Of a stretch of 64,000 nt of DNA, positions 1-13,499 are shown one piece after another. The position numbers and the translations under genes are program-made. The notes under the pieces were generated by a model. That model saw only the letters and a program-made list of their open reading frames with translations. It was not told where the DNA came from and did no database searches. The stretch lies in assembly GCA_030390025.1 (NCBI GenBank), contig CM059426.1, forward strand, positions 138,508,001-138,572,000, written 5' to 3'. The stretch's first letter is position 1. Every line of letters starts with the position of its first letter. Source of the stretch: Squalus acanthias (Eukaryota).

Positions 1-1247
1 GCTGTGCAGGAGTGTTGGGGTTGCGGAGGGGAGTCATGAGCCAGGTGGAGAGCGGATAGCCCTTGTCTCCAACCAGCCAGCCGCAAGCTTGATGTGGTGG
101 CTGGAACACCGGTCTGGTGCAGGATGAAGACATCGTGGCTGCTGCCAGGATAGCGGGCATTCACATTGAGGATTCGCTGTCTGTGGTCGCACACCAACTG
201 GACATTAAGTGAGTGGTAGTCTTTGCGCTTACGGAAGATTTCAGGATTGTTATGCAGTGCCCGCAAAGCCACGTGGGTGCAGTCAATGGCGCCCTGCACC
301 ATGGGGAATCCCGCTATCCTGGCAAAGCCACATGCACGCTTGTCCTGCTTCTTTCTGCTGATGGGGAAGGAAATGTAGACCCCTCTCTTAATGTAGAGAG
401 CCTCTGTGACCTCCCGGATGCAGCGATGGATGGCGAACTGTGAGCTGTTACCTATATCTCCAGTTGCAGACTGGAAGAATCCGCTAGCGAAGAAATTGAG
501 GGCGACGGTGACCTTGACTGCCACTGAGAGAGCCGTCTTCATCCTGATCTGAGGCTCGAGGTCTGGTTGTAGGAGGTGGCAGAGTTCTGTGACCACCTTC
601 TTGCCTCGGAGGGTAAGGCCTCCTGTTGAGAGCCCTGATGGTCCTGCTTCTCCCTCTGGCCACATATTCCAATCTTTCTCACTGCCTGCACTCCCGCTGC
701 AGTAGATCCTGGAGGGCGAGGTCGACTGCCAGTACAGCCCCCATTAATGTAAAGAAGTGCAGCACTTTGATATTTTGTGAGAATAAATGTAACTCATTTT
801 TAGTAGCCACAACACTCCTGATACTAAACAACCATTGAATGACTGATTTAAACTGTTGCACAATGTCAAACTGACAAAGAAGCAGTGAAACAGCACTAAC
901 CTGAGAGCTGTGACTCATTACTAATGATCCCTTTAAGCAGCGACCCTGGAGCCGGCTACCGACTGCTTCACACCTCCTCTCCCTGTTGCTGTCGGGGCGA
1001 GGCGCTAAGGCAGGGAGCGGTACTCAATTTGGCAGATCGGGCGCCCAGTGAGCATTGCACGCTCATTGATGTCATGACCTGCCTGGTGCTGAAGTCCCCA
1101 GCACTAACTTGTAGTGGTGGCGCTATGGGGGGGCTGAATTTGGTGTGCGGCGCTGGATTCACCTCGCCACTGTGCTACTGCCTCAGCGCCCTGTTATCGC
1201 CCCCGCCAGGCGCTAACTGGAGGCGCTAACCTGCTGAATTTCTCCCC
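1..1247 (-). mobile_element. PIF/Harbinger DNA transposon remnant with degraded HARBI1-like DDE transposase, cut by the window edge
   Basis: Minus-strand translation gives [45 protein letters not shown] and [18 protein letters not shown] (DDE_Tnp_4 motifs). GC-rich subterminal region ends in ctgaatttctccccc near 1247. Confidence 0.85.
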
Positions 1248-2068
1248 CAACATTCCTTAACTGGTTCTATAATGGCAACACTGCATCTAGGTAACCTTGT
1301 CTCACTGCTTAGCACCTTCCATCATTAAAGGATTAAACTGTCAGCAGAGAGGACAATCATTCATGTGTACCTGGTCATGTGCTTGTCGTTCAGATCAATT
1401 CTGTTGTCTTACTTGAGAGCAGATTTCTTTAGGTCTGACATCTTGGACACTATGAGGGATAACTTACCTCTGGTACGTAAAACTGAAATCAATGGAAAGG
1501 AAACTTGGGCGGTTTCTATAGCGGGCGCCCGACCTGCATGTTTTTACACTCCAGCAGTAAATTGACAATTACTCCCTGCATTCACCCTTTTTGCCACCTC
1601 GTCCCATGCCTGTTGCACTAACCATTTCAGTGGGGAGGGGATCTAACCGTCATTCCCATACAGTGTGCTTGTCCTCTCCCTGACTTTCCAGTCAGGTTTC
1701 CAGCACCTGGTCAGTAAACCTGGCTTTCCTCACTCAATGCTCCATTCTTCACCAGTATTGCTCAGTTGACGACTGCCCTGGCTTCCCTAGCAGCATTTCA
1801 GCAGTTAAAATGGCTCATAGTTGCAGGTCTCAACTGATAGTCAGTGTTATTGATTCTGCCTCTTCACTATGTGGCCACTAAAGCATTGCTCTAGAAAACA
1901 GTAAAACCGGGGATTAACCAGCATGCTTAGCAACACTCAAAAAAATAAGGTAACTCTTAACACAGCAGTTTCTAGATATACATGTGCAGGGCTCATTGGT
2001 TTCATCCCATAATTCAGAAACACTTGTACTTAATCTGGTAGAAGCATCAACAGTCAAAAATACTTTAC

Positions 2069-2164
2069 CAGATCCGTCTGAGGGTCGTCCTTAAATCGGC
2101 TGTAATCCTCATCACTCATTGAAACCAGCACATCAGCCAAAATGCCCAGTGAAGTGGAAATTCC
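2069..2164 (-). CDS. ALPK1: ALPK1 coding exon, 96 nt ([32 protein letters not shown])
   Basis: ttacag acceptor and GTAAAG donor, phase 0-0. Matches recalled human ALPK1 [32 protein letters not shown]. Confidence 0.95.
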
Positions 2165-2722
2165 CTGTAATTACAAATAATTTAACATACATTGGTTTTA
2201 ACTCCAATTAATAGCACAAATGTCATCCTTGTTCATTTATGTTTTTTTTTTAAGTACATTCATATCTTCTACCATTTTGTACTCACACCAATATCTATAT
2301 CTGTCTCAGCACAACTTCAATTTACACAGGATCCTGGCAACATATTGGCTGTTTTAATTATAGGTAAAGGATGGAGGATAGATCTCTCGCACCAAACAGT
2401 ACAGGGAGAACCTGCTTTTCATTCACCCATGACCTGTAACTTTTAACACTACAAGGACCCATGTTCATAAAGATTTGTCAGGAAAAATAAATTACATCAT
2501 TGCATTTCACTTAAAATATGTTCTCTGTCATTTCCATTCACAACAAAAATGATCAAACTAATCACCAGTTTTTCTGTTGTAACTAAATATTCAAAATTAT
2601 TCAGCAAATTTGAGCATCCTAATGATAAATTGATGTGAAGTAATTAAGGAATGGGTCCTTAACTCAGTTGACAACTTCTTGGAGGAGACCATCCCACTGG
2701 GCAGCCAGAGCCCCTGCCTGTT

Positions 2723-5700
2723 TCATAGAGTCATAGAGTTATACAGCACAGAAAGAGGCCCTTCGGCCAGCGTGTCCGCGCCGGCCATCAAGCCCTGTCT
2801 ATTCTAATCCCATTTTCCAGCACTTGGTCCGTAGTCTTGTATGCTATGGCGTTTCAAGTGCTCATTTAAATGCTTCTTGAATGTTGTGAGGGTTCCTGCC
2901 TCTACCACCCTTTCAGGCAGTGAGTTCCAGATTCCAACCACCCTCTGGGTGAAAAAGTTTTTCCTCAAATCCCCTCTAAACCTCCTGCCCTTTATCTTGA
3001 AACTATGCCCCCTGGTTATTGACCCTCTACTAAGGGGAAAAGTTCCTTTCTATCTACCCTATCTATGCCCCTCATAATTTTGTACACCTCAATCAGGTCC
3101 CCCCTCAGCCTTCTCTGCTCTAAGGAAAACTACCCCAGCCTGTCCAGTCTCTCTTCATAGCTGAAGCGCTGCAGCCCAGGTAACATCCTGGTGAATCTCC
3201 TCTGCACCCTCTCCAATGCAATCACATCCTTCCTATAGTGTGGCGACCAGAACTGCACACAGTATTCCAGCTGTGGCCTAACTAGCGTTTTGTACAGCTC
3301 CATCATAACCTCCCTGCTCTTATATTCTACGCCTCGGCTAATGAAGGCAAGTATCCCATATGCCTTTTTAACCACCTTATCTACCTGTCCTGCTGCCTTC
3401 AGGGATCTATGTACATGCACACCAAGGTCCCTCTGATCCTCTGTCCTTCCTAGGATCCTACCATTCATTGTGTATTCCCTTGCCTTGTTAGTCCTCCCAA
3501 AATGCATCACCTCACACTTTTCAGGGTTAAATTCCATTTGCCACTGTTCTGCCCATCTGACCAACCCGTCTATATCGTCTTGTAGCCTGAGGCTTCCCTC
3601 CTCGCTATTTACCACTCCATCAATTTTCGTGTCATCTGCGAACTTACTGATCATACCTCCTACATTCATATCTAAATCATTAATGTACACTACAAACAGC
3701 AAGGAAACCAGCACCGATCCCTGCGGTACACCACTGGACACAGGCTTCCAGTCACAAAAACAACATTCGACCATCACCCTCTGCCTCCTGCCACTAAGCC
3801 AATTTTGGATCCAATGTGCCAAATTGCCCTGGATCCCATGGGCTCTTACCTTCTTGACCAGTCTCCCATGCGGGACTTTGTCAAAAGCCTTACTGAAGTC
3901 CATGTAGACTACATCAACTGCACTACCCTTATCCACACACCTAGTCACCCCCTCGAAAAATTCAATCAAATTGGTTAGACATGATCTCCCCCTGACAAAG
4001 CCATGCTGACTATCCTTGATTAATCCTTGCCTCTCCAAGTGGAGACTAATTCTGTCCCTCAGAATTTTTTCCAATAATTTCCCTACCACTGATGTTAGGC
4101 TCCTGCCTGTAATTCCCTGGTTTATCCCTACTACCCTTCTTGAATAATGGTACTACGTTAGCTGTCCTCCAGTCCTCTGGCACCTCCCCTGTGGCCAGAG
4201 AGGTTCTGAAAATTTGTGTCAGAGCCCCTGCAATCTCCTCCCTTGCCTCACACAGCAGCCTGGGATACATCTCGTCTGGGCCTGGGGATTTATCCACTTT
4301 TAAGCCCGCTAAAACCGCTAGTACCTCCTCCCTCTCAATGCTAATTTGTTCAAGTATATCACAATCCCCCTGCCTGATTTCTATGCCTACATCGTCCTTC
4401 TCTATAGTGAACACAGATGCAAAATATTCATTTAAAACCTCACCTACATCTTCCGGCTCTACACACAGATTGCCACTTTGGTCCCTAATGGGCCCTACTC
4501 TTTCCCTGGTAATCCTCTTGCCCTTAATATACTTATAAAACACCTTGGGATTTTCCTTTATTTTGCCCGCCAGTGTTTTTTCATGCCCCCTCTTCGCTCT
4601 CCTAATTTCTTTTTTAAGTACCCCCCTGCACTTTCTATACTCCTCTAGGGCTTCCACTGTTTTTAGTCCTTTGTATCTGCCAAAAGCCTCCCTTTTATTC
4701 CTAATCTATTCTTGTGTATCCCTTGACATCCAGGGTTCCCTGGACTTGTTGGTCTCACCCTTGACCTTTACGGGAACATGTTGGCACTGTACTCTCTCTA
4801 TTTCCTTTCTGAATTACTCCCACTGCTCTGATGAGGATTTTCCTACAAGTAGCTGATCCCAGTCCACTTTGGCCAGATCCTGCCTTATCATATGAAAATC
4901 GGCCTTCCCCCAATTTAGAACCTTTATTTCCGGTCCATCTTTGTCCTTTTCCATGACTACCTTAAATCTCACCGAATTATGGTCACTGTCACCAAAATGC
5001 TCTCCTACTGACACTTATACCACTTGCCTGGCTACATTCCCTAGAATTAGGTCCAGTACCGTGTATGAAAGGCTGATATTTAAAGATATTAAGTAGACGA
5101 GAATCATATATGTATAACCTCAATTATAGCCATTGACCAAATAATATTACCCATAATTACTCCTGGGTAACTAAAAAGCTAAGACTTGTTCAAAATGTAG
5201 CTGGACAGTCAAAAGCAGTTTTGACTAAGTTTTGATAACAAACAGCCACAGACTGCGAGTGAAGATTAAATCATTAAATAACATATTATAATGCTGTATA
5301 GAACTTAGAATTCGCTTAACAAAACTAATTGCAACAATATTTAAAGAATAATTAGTATAAGGACATAAAATGAAAGAGATCATGGAGATAAGGTATTTAT
5401 CTGGTCGATTAAAGTGAGATAGTCTGGATACCTCAAGACTAGTGAAGCAGCGCTGATATAGGCCCATGGTATAAAGGCCTTGTACCAGGGAAGCTAGAAA
5501 TGAAAGAGATAAAGTAAATTCCAATGGGGTGAAAAACTATAAACAAGATAACACTGAACATGGTAAAGTTGGTGGAAAAATACTGGAAAGGCGGGATGCT
5601 ACCTTAGTCTGAGTGACAATGGTATTTTGACCATTAGAACCAATTAAAAAAGGTGATTTTGTTAAAGACCATATATGGACACTGGCCAAACCAACTTTTG

Positions 5701-7372
5701 AAAAGGGTTAAAACCTCGATACTCAAAGAACAACTTCACACAGACGTACTGCGAAGACAAAGGAACAGACTTAAGACGATGTCATCTGTGTCCGAGAGGT
5801 CCAGAGACCAAGGGCTGCGAGCTACTCGTTAAAACTATCGCCTAATATTAAGTATATTATGCTGTATGCTTAATAAATCTTGATCTATTGCTCAAACATA
5901 CTGGCTGCTGCCTATTGGGGTCTTGTCCAAGAACTCAGAGATCATTAAGATCTTACAACCGCCCCCTCTCTTGTAGGACTTTCTACATGCTGGCTCAAAA
6001 AGCTCTCCTGGATGCACTTTAAGAATTCCGCACCCTCTAAGCCTTTCACACTCTGACTATCCCAGTTAATATTGGGGAAGTTGAAATCCCCTACTATTAT
6101 TACCCTATTATTTCTACACTTCTCTGAGATTTGCCTACATATCTGTTCCTCTATCTCCCCCTGACTGTTTGGGGGCCTATAGTACACTCCCAGCAAAGTG
6201 CTTGCCCCCTTTTTGTTTTTAAGTTCTACCCATATGGCCTCATTAGAGGAACCTGCTAAGATATTATCTCCCCTTACTGCAGTAATTGACTCCTTGATTA
6301 ATATTGCGACACCCCCTCCTCTTTTACACCCCCCTCTGTCTCGCCTGAAGATTCTATACCCCGGAATATTGAGCTGCCAGTCCTGCCCCTCCCTCAACCA
6401 TGTCTCTGTGATAGCAACAATATCATAATCCCATGTGTTCATCAACACCTTCAATTCATCTGCCTTACTCGCAAGACTCCTTGCATTAAAATAAATGCCA
6501 TCCAGCCTTGCCATACTCCCTTGTGCCGTTACATGTTTGCTCTGCCTTCCAGGCTGACTTGTTTTTTCCTCTATATTTGGCTGTGCATCACCCCCTACTA
6601 TAGCTCCACTCCGTCTCCCATCTCCCTGCCAAGTTAGTTTAAACCCCCCCCAACAGCACTAGCAAACCTCCCCGCAAGGATGTTGGTCCCGTTCCGGTGC
6701 AACCCGTCCGACTTGTACAGGTCCCACCTTCCCCAGAAACAGACCCAGTGATCCAGGAAACTAAAGCCCTCCCTCCTGCATCAACTCTTTAGCCACGCAT
6801 TCATCTGCTCTATCCTCCTATTCCTATACTCACTAGCACGTGGCACCAGGAGTAATCCAGAGATTACAACCTTTGAGGTCCTGCTTTTTAATCTGCTACC
6901 TAGCTCCCTAAATTCTTGTTGCAGGACCTCATCCCTCTTTCTACCTATGTCGTTGGTACCAATGTGAACCACGACCTCTGACTGTTCGCCCTCCCCCTTC
7001 AGAATGCCCTGCAGCCGCTCAGTGACATCCTTGACCCTGGCACCAGGGAGGCAACATACCATCCTGGAGTCACGTCTGCGGCCACAGAAACGCCTGTCTG
7101 CACCCCTCACTATTGAGTCTGCTACCACTATTGCCCTTCCACTCTTACTCCTCCCCCTTGTGCAGCTGAGCCACCCACAGTGCCGTGAACTTGGCTCTGG
7201 CTGCACTCCCCAGAGGAACCGTCACTTTCACCGTTTTCCAACACAGAAAAACGGTTGTTGAGTGACATGCACTCTGGGGCTTTCCTGACTACCTGCCTGG
7301 CCCCCTTCTTCTGACTGGTGGTCTCCCATTCCCTCTCTGACTGCACTTTCTTAAGCTGCGGGATGACCAGGC
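2723..7372 (-). mobile_element. CR1 LINE, near full length but frameshifted (SGNH esterase ORF1, APE endonuclease and RT ORF2), interrupted by a solo LTR
   Basis: ORF 6781..7206 (ADSIVRG...CCLPGARVKDV...HIGTND), ORF 5945..6514 (AITETWL, GDFNFP), ORF 3130..4089 (GVPQGSVL, FADD), and (tctatga)n-type 3' tail near 2723. Confidence 0.95.
5062..5957 (+). mobile_element. Solo LTR, 896 bp, inserted in the CR1 endonuclease region
   Basis: TGTATGA...TCTTACA termini, 4-bp TSD ACCG (5058-5061 and 5958-5961), AATAAA near 5872. CR1 sequence is contiguous once it is removed. Confidence 0.88.
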
Positions 7373-8626
7373 GGTAGGTCCTTTTAATATGCAAATTGTG
7401 GTCCTATGACGTACATAGGATCTGATTGCCATTTTGAGAGACACCTGCCCACGGCGCCACCTCCGCCGGGTAGGACCAAAAAAGATTAAGTTTACAATTA
7501 TTTTTGTGGGGCCAGAAGAGCAGGAGTGCTTACCTGGGCTCCACATGATTACTGTAGGCCACAGGTCACTGTCTCCCTGGGCTGCCCTCACTGTGATCGC
7601 CGACCTCCCATTGGACTGACATTGCTGCCGACTGCTTTGGCCTCCAGCCCGCTCAATTTTACAGCGTCCTGGAGCCGGCGAGTTTCAGTCGGGCATCCAT
7701 TTGACATGCGCGGTTCACCAGTAACATGGACTGGGCCTTCCACCAGCACTATTGGGCGGCAGGCTGGCTGGTATGTCACCTGACATGCTCCACTGGTTGG
7801 CCGCACGATAATTAAATTCTGCCGCATCTTAATATGTTCCTATTAGGCAATAATGATGAAGTTTTCTGTATAATAGGACTTTAGTACAAAAAACTAGCAT
7901 GAGGTGAAGCTGTGTCCTTTGTTTGGTATTATGAGAGGTAGAACTGCAGTATTAGGAACTCTAATATCAACAGCCTGCAAATTATTTATTTATGTTTTAA
8001 AGTTATGAATCCCTTTGCTTCTGCTCAGTTCCCCTTGTGTTCCAGGGCCACAGTCAGAACTGCTCCCTGACACAGAAATACATGGGACAAATCTCTGTCT
8101 AATTCTCTCAAGGCCCTGCAGCAAGACGGCTGGAACTGCCCATCGCGGCTGAAATCGGGTTGGGACCTTCATCCAGCCACTCCTGGCAATGCTTATTCAT
8201 TGGGGCTGTGACGCATTGCTCTGCCATACTGCTCTAAAAATATATAATAATATTCTCAAATGTGTAATTCTCAAAAATACAGATTTAAGAAATAAGTAAA
8301 TGGAAGAATGCTTGTGTTACACCATCATTCTACATGTGATCTGGAAGAGCAGACTAAAGTTATATGTTCCACCTGAAGCCTGACCTTGGTTCCCATGTGT
8401 TCAGCGACAGGTGTAATGAGATAGTTTCACTGAATACGTCTCAAGTCAAAATATACAATTAAACTATATTGAGTATAAGTTCACTGTAGCATTTCTTTCA
8501 AAACAGAAAAAAGCACAGCTCCAATTTTTAAGAAGTGTCATTAAAAAAAAGACACCAGATCCTCTGAAGGAATAAATCATGCTCTTTTCCAACGTATTTT
8601 ATTTTACTTTCAACTCTAAGGCTAGA

Positions 8627-8749
8627 GCCCTGAATTTCTGCAGAGGTTTTCCTGATCTGCCATTGAAAACAGCCACTTATACCATTTTTACGCGAGTTCC
8701 GCCAAAATTACGGCCGTAGATCGGGATAACCCCGCAGAAATTCAGGGCC
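8627..8749. mobile_element. Short palindromic MITE (Harbinger-type TIRs)
   Basis: gccctgaatttctgc...gcagaaattcagggc inverted ends. Related to 60435-60589 and 63501-63586. Confidence 0.7.
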
Positions 8750-8769
8750 AATATATTCAGTGAAAACAT

Positions 8770-9300
8770 ACTATTCCTAACTGTGTGTTGTGGCACTGAA
8801 ACATGAAAATCAGGAGAGTCTCGCGTCCTGTACCTGGTCTGTACTGAGAAAAGTCGTCAGAGTAGTACGGGGGAGGAAGGAGGGTTGGAACTGCTCTCAG
8901 TATATCTAGCTTAGGGAGAAGGAACAAAATGGAAGTGTAGATATGTCCTGCTCGGCAAGGATAAGATGGATCTTGGCTGTTATGCGCCCTATGATATTGT
9001 TATCCAATGACTGTTGCGCATGTGTGGATGCTGCATACAGACAGGATTAGACTCAGCAGCTATGATGCTTTTAATGATTGACTAGCCCTCAGACACTTGC
9101 ACTGTCTAGAATGACAGGTAAAAAATGACCACTTGTATGAGGTATCAAAGGACTGATGTCATCCATGTAACCAAAGGAGAGCTGCAGTCAGCTCCTTCTG
9201 GGTGGGATAGCAGAAAGTTTGAAAAAGTGTCCAGGCCTGCAGGTGAAGAATGGCCATTTAGTTGAGGGGGCCGGTGGTGCCTGTGAAACCATACTTCAGG
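8770..9300 (+). mobile_element. Old tRNA-derived SINE remnant (AmnSINE2-like, tentative)
   Basis: Degenerate similarity to copies at 25550-25720(-), 41510-41790(+) and 54760-55020(-) around the ctggtctgtgctgagttagctgatctcag motif. Confidence 0.4.
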
Positions 9301-9365
9301 AGAGGAGGGTTAAGAGAAGAAGTTCTTCAGGGAAAATTAGAAGAGGAAAAAAAATCATAACAAAC

Positions 9366-9442
9366 CTTTTTATCTGGGTGAGGAAGCTCATAAAATCCCA
9401 CAATGGAAGCCCAGATCAGCTGTGCAGCTTCATACCACAGTC
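9366..9442 (-). CDS. ALPK1: ALPK1 coding exon, 77 nt ((G)[25 protein letters not shown])
   Basis: ttttag acceptor and GTTTG donor, phase 1-0. Matches human [26 protein letters not shown]. Confidence 0.95.
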
Positions 9443-9904
9443 CTAAAATTCATCAGAAAAATAAAACAGCAACATGAAGAGGCCTCCAGATCCTTTCCCT
9501 GAATCTAGAATTCTATTTGCAGCTCAGCTGGACATATTGTACGATCACAAGCCCCAAAGTCTCACATTCTGCCCACAAAGGATCACAGTCGGTTACATTT
9601 TCTGTTTCTGGTTCCAGGAATGTTAATAACTCTGTTTTTTGGGTTTACTGATGCGATCGCTCTTCCATGTGAAATTCCACACGCTTTCTGCTGGGACCAA
9701 TCTTTCACCACCTTGGTGTTAGTACTGCTAACACAGGTTTTAGACTGTTACAGAGACCAGCTGTGGTAATTTGTTTGTGGTTTAAATGCCCTGTTGACTC
9801 TATGACATGATGTAAATATGGTGTGACATTTGAAATAGTGCAGACCTTCACGTATGCAGTAAACTTGGCTATTATTGTAAACTCATATTTGTAAGGAAAG
9901 CACT

Positions 9905-11820
9905 ACCACATCCAGTCAAGAATGGTGGCGACCTACCAGTCAGTTAACAGGAGAAGGATGTTCCATTAACATTCCCATCTTCAATTAAAGCAGAGCCCAG
10001 CATAAGTACAAGAGACAAGATTGAAGCATTTGCAAATATCTTCAGCCAAAAGTGAGAAATGAATGATCCCACTCACTCTTCTCCCACCATGATAGATGCT
10101 AGTATTGAGCCAATTCAGTTCATTCCAAGTGACATTAAAAGCAACTGAGTGCACTGGATTCTGGCAGCTGAGTGAAGGCTATGGGCCCTGACAATATCCC
10201 AGCTGCAGTGTTGAAGACCTGTGCATCAGAATTAGCCACCCCTCCAGCCACGGTGTTTCAGTGCAGCTATGATATTGTTACTGACCGACAAAAAAGATGC
10301 ATCTAGTCCAAGGGCTCATGGGGTTGGAGGTAATATATTAGCATGGATAGAGGATTGGTTAAAGGACAGAAAACAGAGAGTCAGAATAAACAGGTCATTT
10401 TCAGGTTGGCAGGGTGTTACTGGGGGGGGAGGGCGGTGGGGGGGTGGTGGGGGGTGCCGTAAGGATCACAGCTGGGGCCTCAACTATTTACAATTTATAT
10501 TAATGACTTAGCTGAAGAAACTGAGGGTTTGCTGGCAATACAAAGCTAGGTGGGAAAGTAAGCTGTGAGGAGGACACAAAGAGTCTGCAAAGGGATATAG
10601 ACAGGTTAAGCGAATGGGCAAGAAGGTGGCAGATAGAGTATAATGTGGGGAAATGTGAAGTTATTCACTTTGGTAGGGAGAATAGAAAAACAGAATATTT
10701 TTTAAATGGTTGAGAAACTTAAATGTTGGTGTTCAGAGGGATTTGGGTGTCCTTGTACACGAAACACAAAACGTTAACATGCAGGTAAAGCAAGCAATTA
10801 GGAAGGCAAATAGTATGTTGGCCTTTATTGCAAGGGGATTGGAGTACAAGAGTAAGGAAGTATTGCTGCAATTGTACAGGGATTTGGTGAGACTACACCT
10901 GGAATACTGTGCACAGTTTTGGTCTCCGTACCTAAGGAAGGATATACTTGCATTAGAGATGGTGCAACAAAGGTTCAGTAGATTGATTCCTGGGTTGAGA
11001 GGGTTGTCCTATGAGGAGAGATTAAGTAGATTGGGCCTATACTCTCTGGAGTTTAGAAGAATGAGAGGTGGTCTCATTGAAACATATAAGATTCTGAGTG
11101 GGCTTGACAGGGTAGATCCTGAGAGGCTGTTTCCCCTGGTTGGACAGTCTAGAACTAGGGGACATAGTCTCAGGATAAGGGACTGGCCATTTAAGACTGA
11201 AATGAGGAGAAATTTCTTCACTCAGAGAGTTGTGAATCTTTGGAATTCTCTACCCCAGAGTGCTGTGGATGCTTAGTCATTGACAATATTCAAGGCTGAG
11301 ATAGATAGATTTTTGGACTGTTGGGGAATTAAGGGATATGGGGATTGGGTGGGAAAGTAGAGTTGAGGTTGATGATCATCCATGATCTTATTGAATGGCG
11401 GAGCTGGCTCTAAGGGCCGTATGGCCTACTCCTGCTCCTAATTCTTACGTTCTTATGTGGTCTTGAAGCCTCCTTCCAACCATCAGTAAAGCGATGGAAG
11501 GGGTTATCAGTGCTATCAAGTGACACCTACTCACCAATATTCTGCTCACTAATGCTCAGTTTGAGCTCCACCAGAACCACTCGGCTCCCAGCACCATTAC
11601 AGCCTTGAACCAGACACTGACAGAAGAGTTGAGTGTCAGAGGAGAGGTGACAGTAGCTGCCCTCAACATCAAGGCAGTATTCGACTGAGTATGGTCCTAA
11701 CGAGCCCTGGCAAAACTGATGTCAATGGGGGTCAAAGGGAAAACCCTCCAGTGGCTGGAGTGATACCTCATACAAAGAAGATGGACATGGTTGGTGCCCA
11801 GATATCATAGCTCCAGGACA
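9905..11820 (+). mobile_element. Old LINE fragment (same family as 46305-48265) interrupted by a CR1 3' half at about 10310-11456
   Basis: 9905-10270 and 11480-11820 match the reverse complement of the 47280-48070 region. ORF 10710..11276 is a CR1 ORF2 C-terminus (LEYCAQFWSP). Confidence 0.8.
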
Positions 11821-11955
11821 TCTGTTATGCGGTACCGAACTGAGTAAGTAGGACACTTCTCAACTGGAAAGAAAAGCTCCAAATAAAATCAACTGAACAC
11901 ATCACAACATTATTCAACATGGTACCAAAGGCCTTAAATCCATCTTTGATCTTAC

Positions 11956-12042
11956 CGAGTTTTTGTAGTATTTGTCCCCTTATCTGAATACTGACAGCCT
12001 GAACCAGTGTTCGGTCACTCTTTTTCTCATAGACCCAAGTAC
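11956..12042 (-). CDS. ALPK1: ALPK1 coding exon, 87 nt ((G)[28 protein letters not shown])
   Basis: atgcag acceptor and GTAAG donor, phase 1-1. Matches human [28 protein letters not shown]. Confidence 0.95.
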
Positions 12043-12354
12043 CTGCATGTCACAATGAGTAATGAAAATGTCAGCAGCAAAAGCAAAAGCAAAATGCATA
12101 TATCAACCTGTCATGTGGTTGGTTTACTCTGCGCTAACAGCTCTGCACTTTTCAAACCAATTACAGCACATTTCAGAAAGAGATTAAATATAGGGTTGAT
12201 TTTCCTGGGCGGACACTGTTTCGGGCGGGGGGTGGGGTTGGGGCCGCGGGGAACACATTGAGTGCCGCACACCAGAAACGTACTGTGCCCCAGGAAGCAC
12301 TGGAACACATGGATTTTAATGTATTTGTGACTGAAGTCTGTGCTGGAATGTATG

Positions 12355-13317
12355 GCCTCGATATTGACAGGGGTGGCTTGCGTAGGCGGGGTGGGGGGTG
12401 GCGGGTGGCGTAATTTTGGACGGGAAACCTGGAATTTCCCCACATGCTGTGGAGTTTTAACTTTTCTCCTTGACAAGTTCCCTGCCTGGAAGTCAGCATG
12501 ATGGACAGGCTTGGCTTCCAGTAGGGCAGGGGGGACTTTGGAGCAGGCCACAGGACCAGGTAAGGAGCCTGCAGCTGCTACTGGAATCCCGGGGTGTGGG
12601 GGATCCGATCCCAGGGGGTTCTGTTCCCGGGGGTGTCCAATCCCCGACCCCGCGGGTCTTTGTATGGTGGTGGGTCTGATGGGGGGAGCTTGGGGGGCTG
12701 GGGTGATGTACTCCTGCTCCTCCTGGCCCACAAGCAGCGATGTAAAGGCACTTACCTTCTCCCTGAAGCTGTCCTTGTCTCCCTTCAGCAGCCGATAGCT
12801 GCAACGCAGGTTAAATCAGAGGCTGCCAAATCCATTAAAATATTTAAATTGCCAACCCGCCTCCTGGGAGCAGGTTGGTTGCCCTCCCTTTGTCCCACCT
12901 CTGTTAAACACAGAAGTGGGTGTGTTGGAGGCGGGTTGCGGTCAGTTTCAAGATTTTTAAAATTATAGGCGGGAATTTTCTCAAGGGAGGCGGATGTCCT
13001 CCGAGGTGGGAGGCCTGGTTTCTCGCAGGCCCTTCCGACTTTAACGGCAGGGCCTGATTTGAATGCGAGGCCTCAGATTCCCGCCTGGAGTCAGCCAGAT
13101 TGAGAGGCTGGCTGGCTGCGGGCGGGTAGGCCTCAGAAGTGAGGGGAGGCAAAACCGGAAGTGGGTGGGTTGGAGGCGGGATCAGGTCGGGAATCCCATT
13201 TTTAACACTTTAACTGCTCCCATGCTCCAAACCCACCTGTTTTTTTAGGGGAAAATTCAGGCCATAATGTCTGACCTGACCCCAACCCACTCGATTTTGG
13301 GAGTTAAACTTCACCCC
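12355..13317. mobile_element. Non-autonomous TIR element, same family as 26667-32954, with a nested MITE at about 12969-13262
   Basis: Internal sequence is co-linear with 26667-26895 plus 32488-32954. Nested piece is bounded by ggcgggaattttc...gaaaattcaggcc. Confidence 0.7.
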
Positions 13318-13499
13318 AATGCTTTTCAAGTTGAATTCCTTGATAATGTTTCTTCTTATGAAACATAGAAACATAGAAGAAACATAGAAGATAGGAGCAG
13401 GAGTAGGTCATTCGGCCCCTCGAGCCTGCTCCGCCATTTAATGAGATCATGGCTGATCATCCAAATTCAGTACCCTGTCCCTGCCTTCTCCCCAATAGA

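Noticed and set aside
1-744. Domesticated HARBI1 host gene
   Set aside because: The frame is disrupted and it lies within a TIR-bounded element, so it is a transposon relic.
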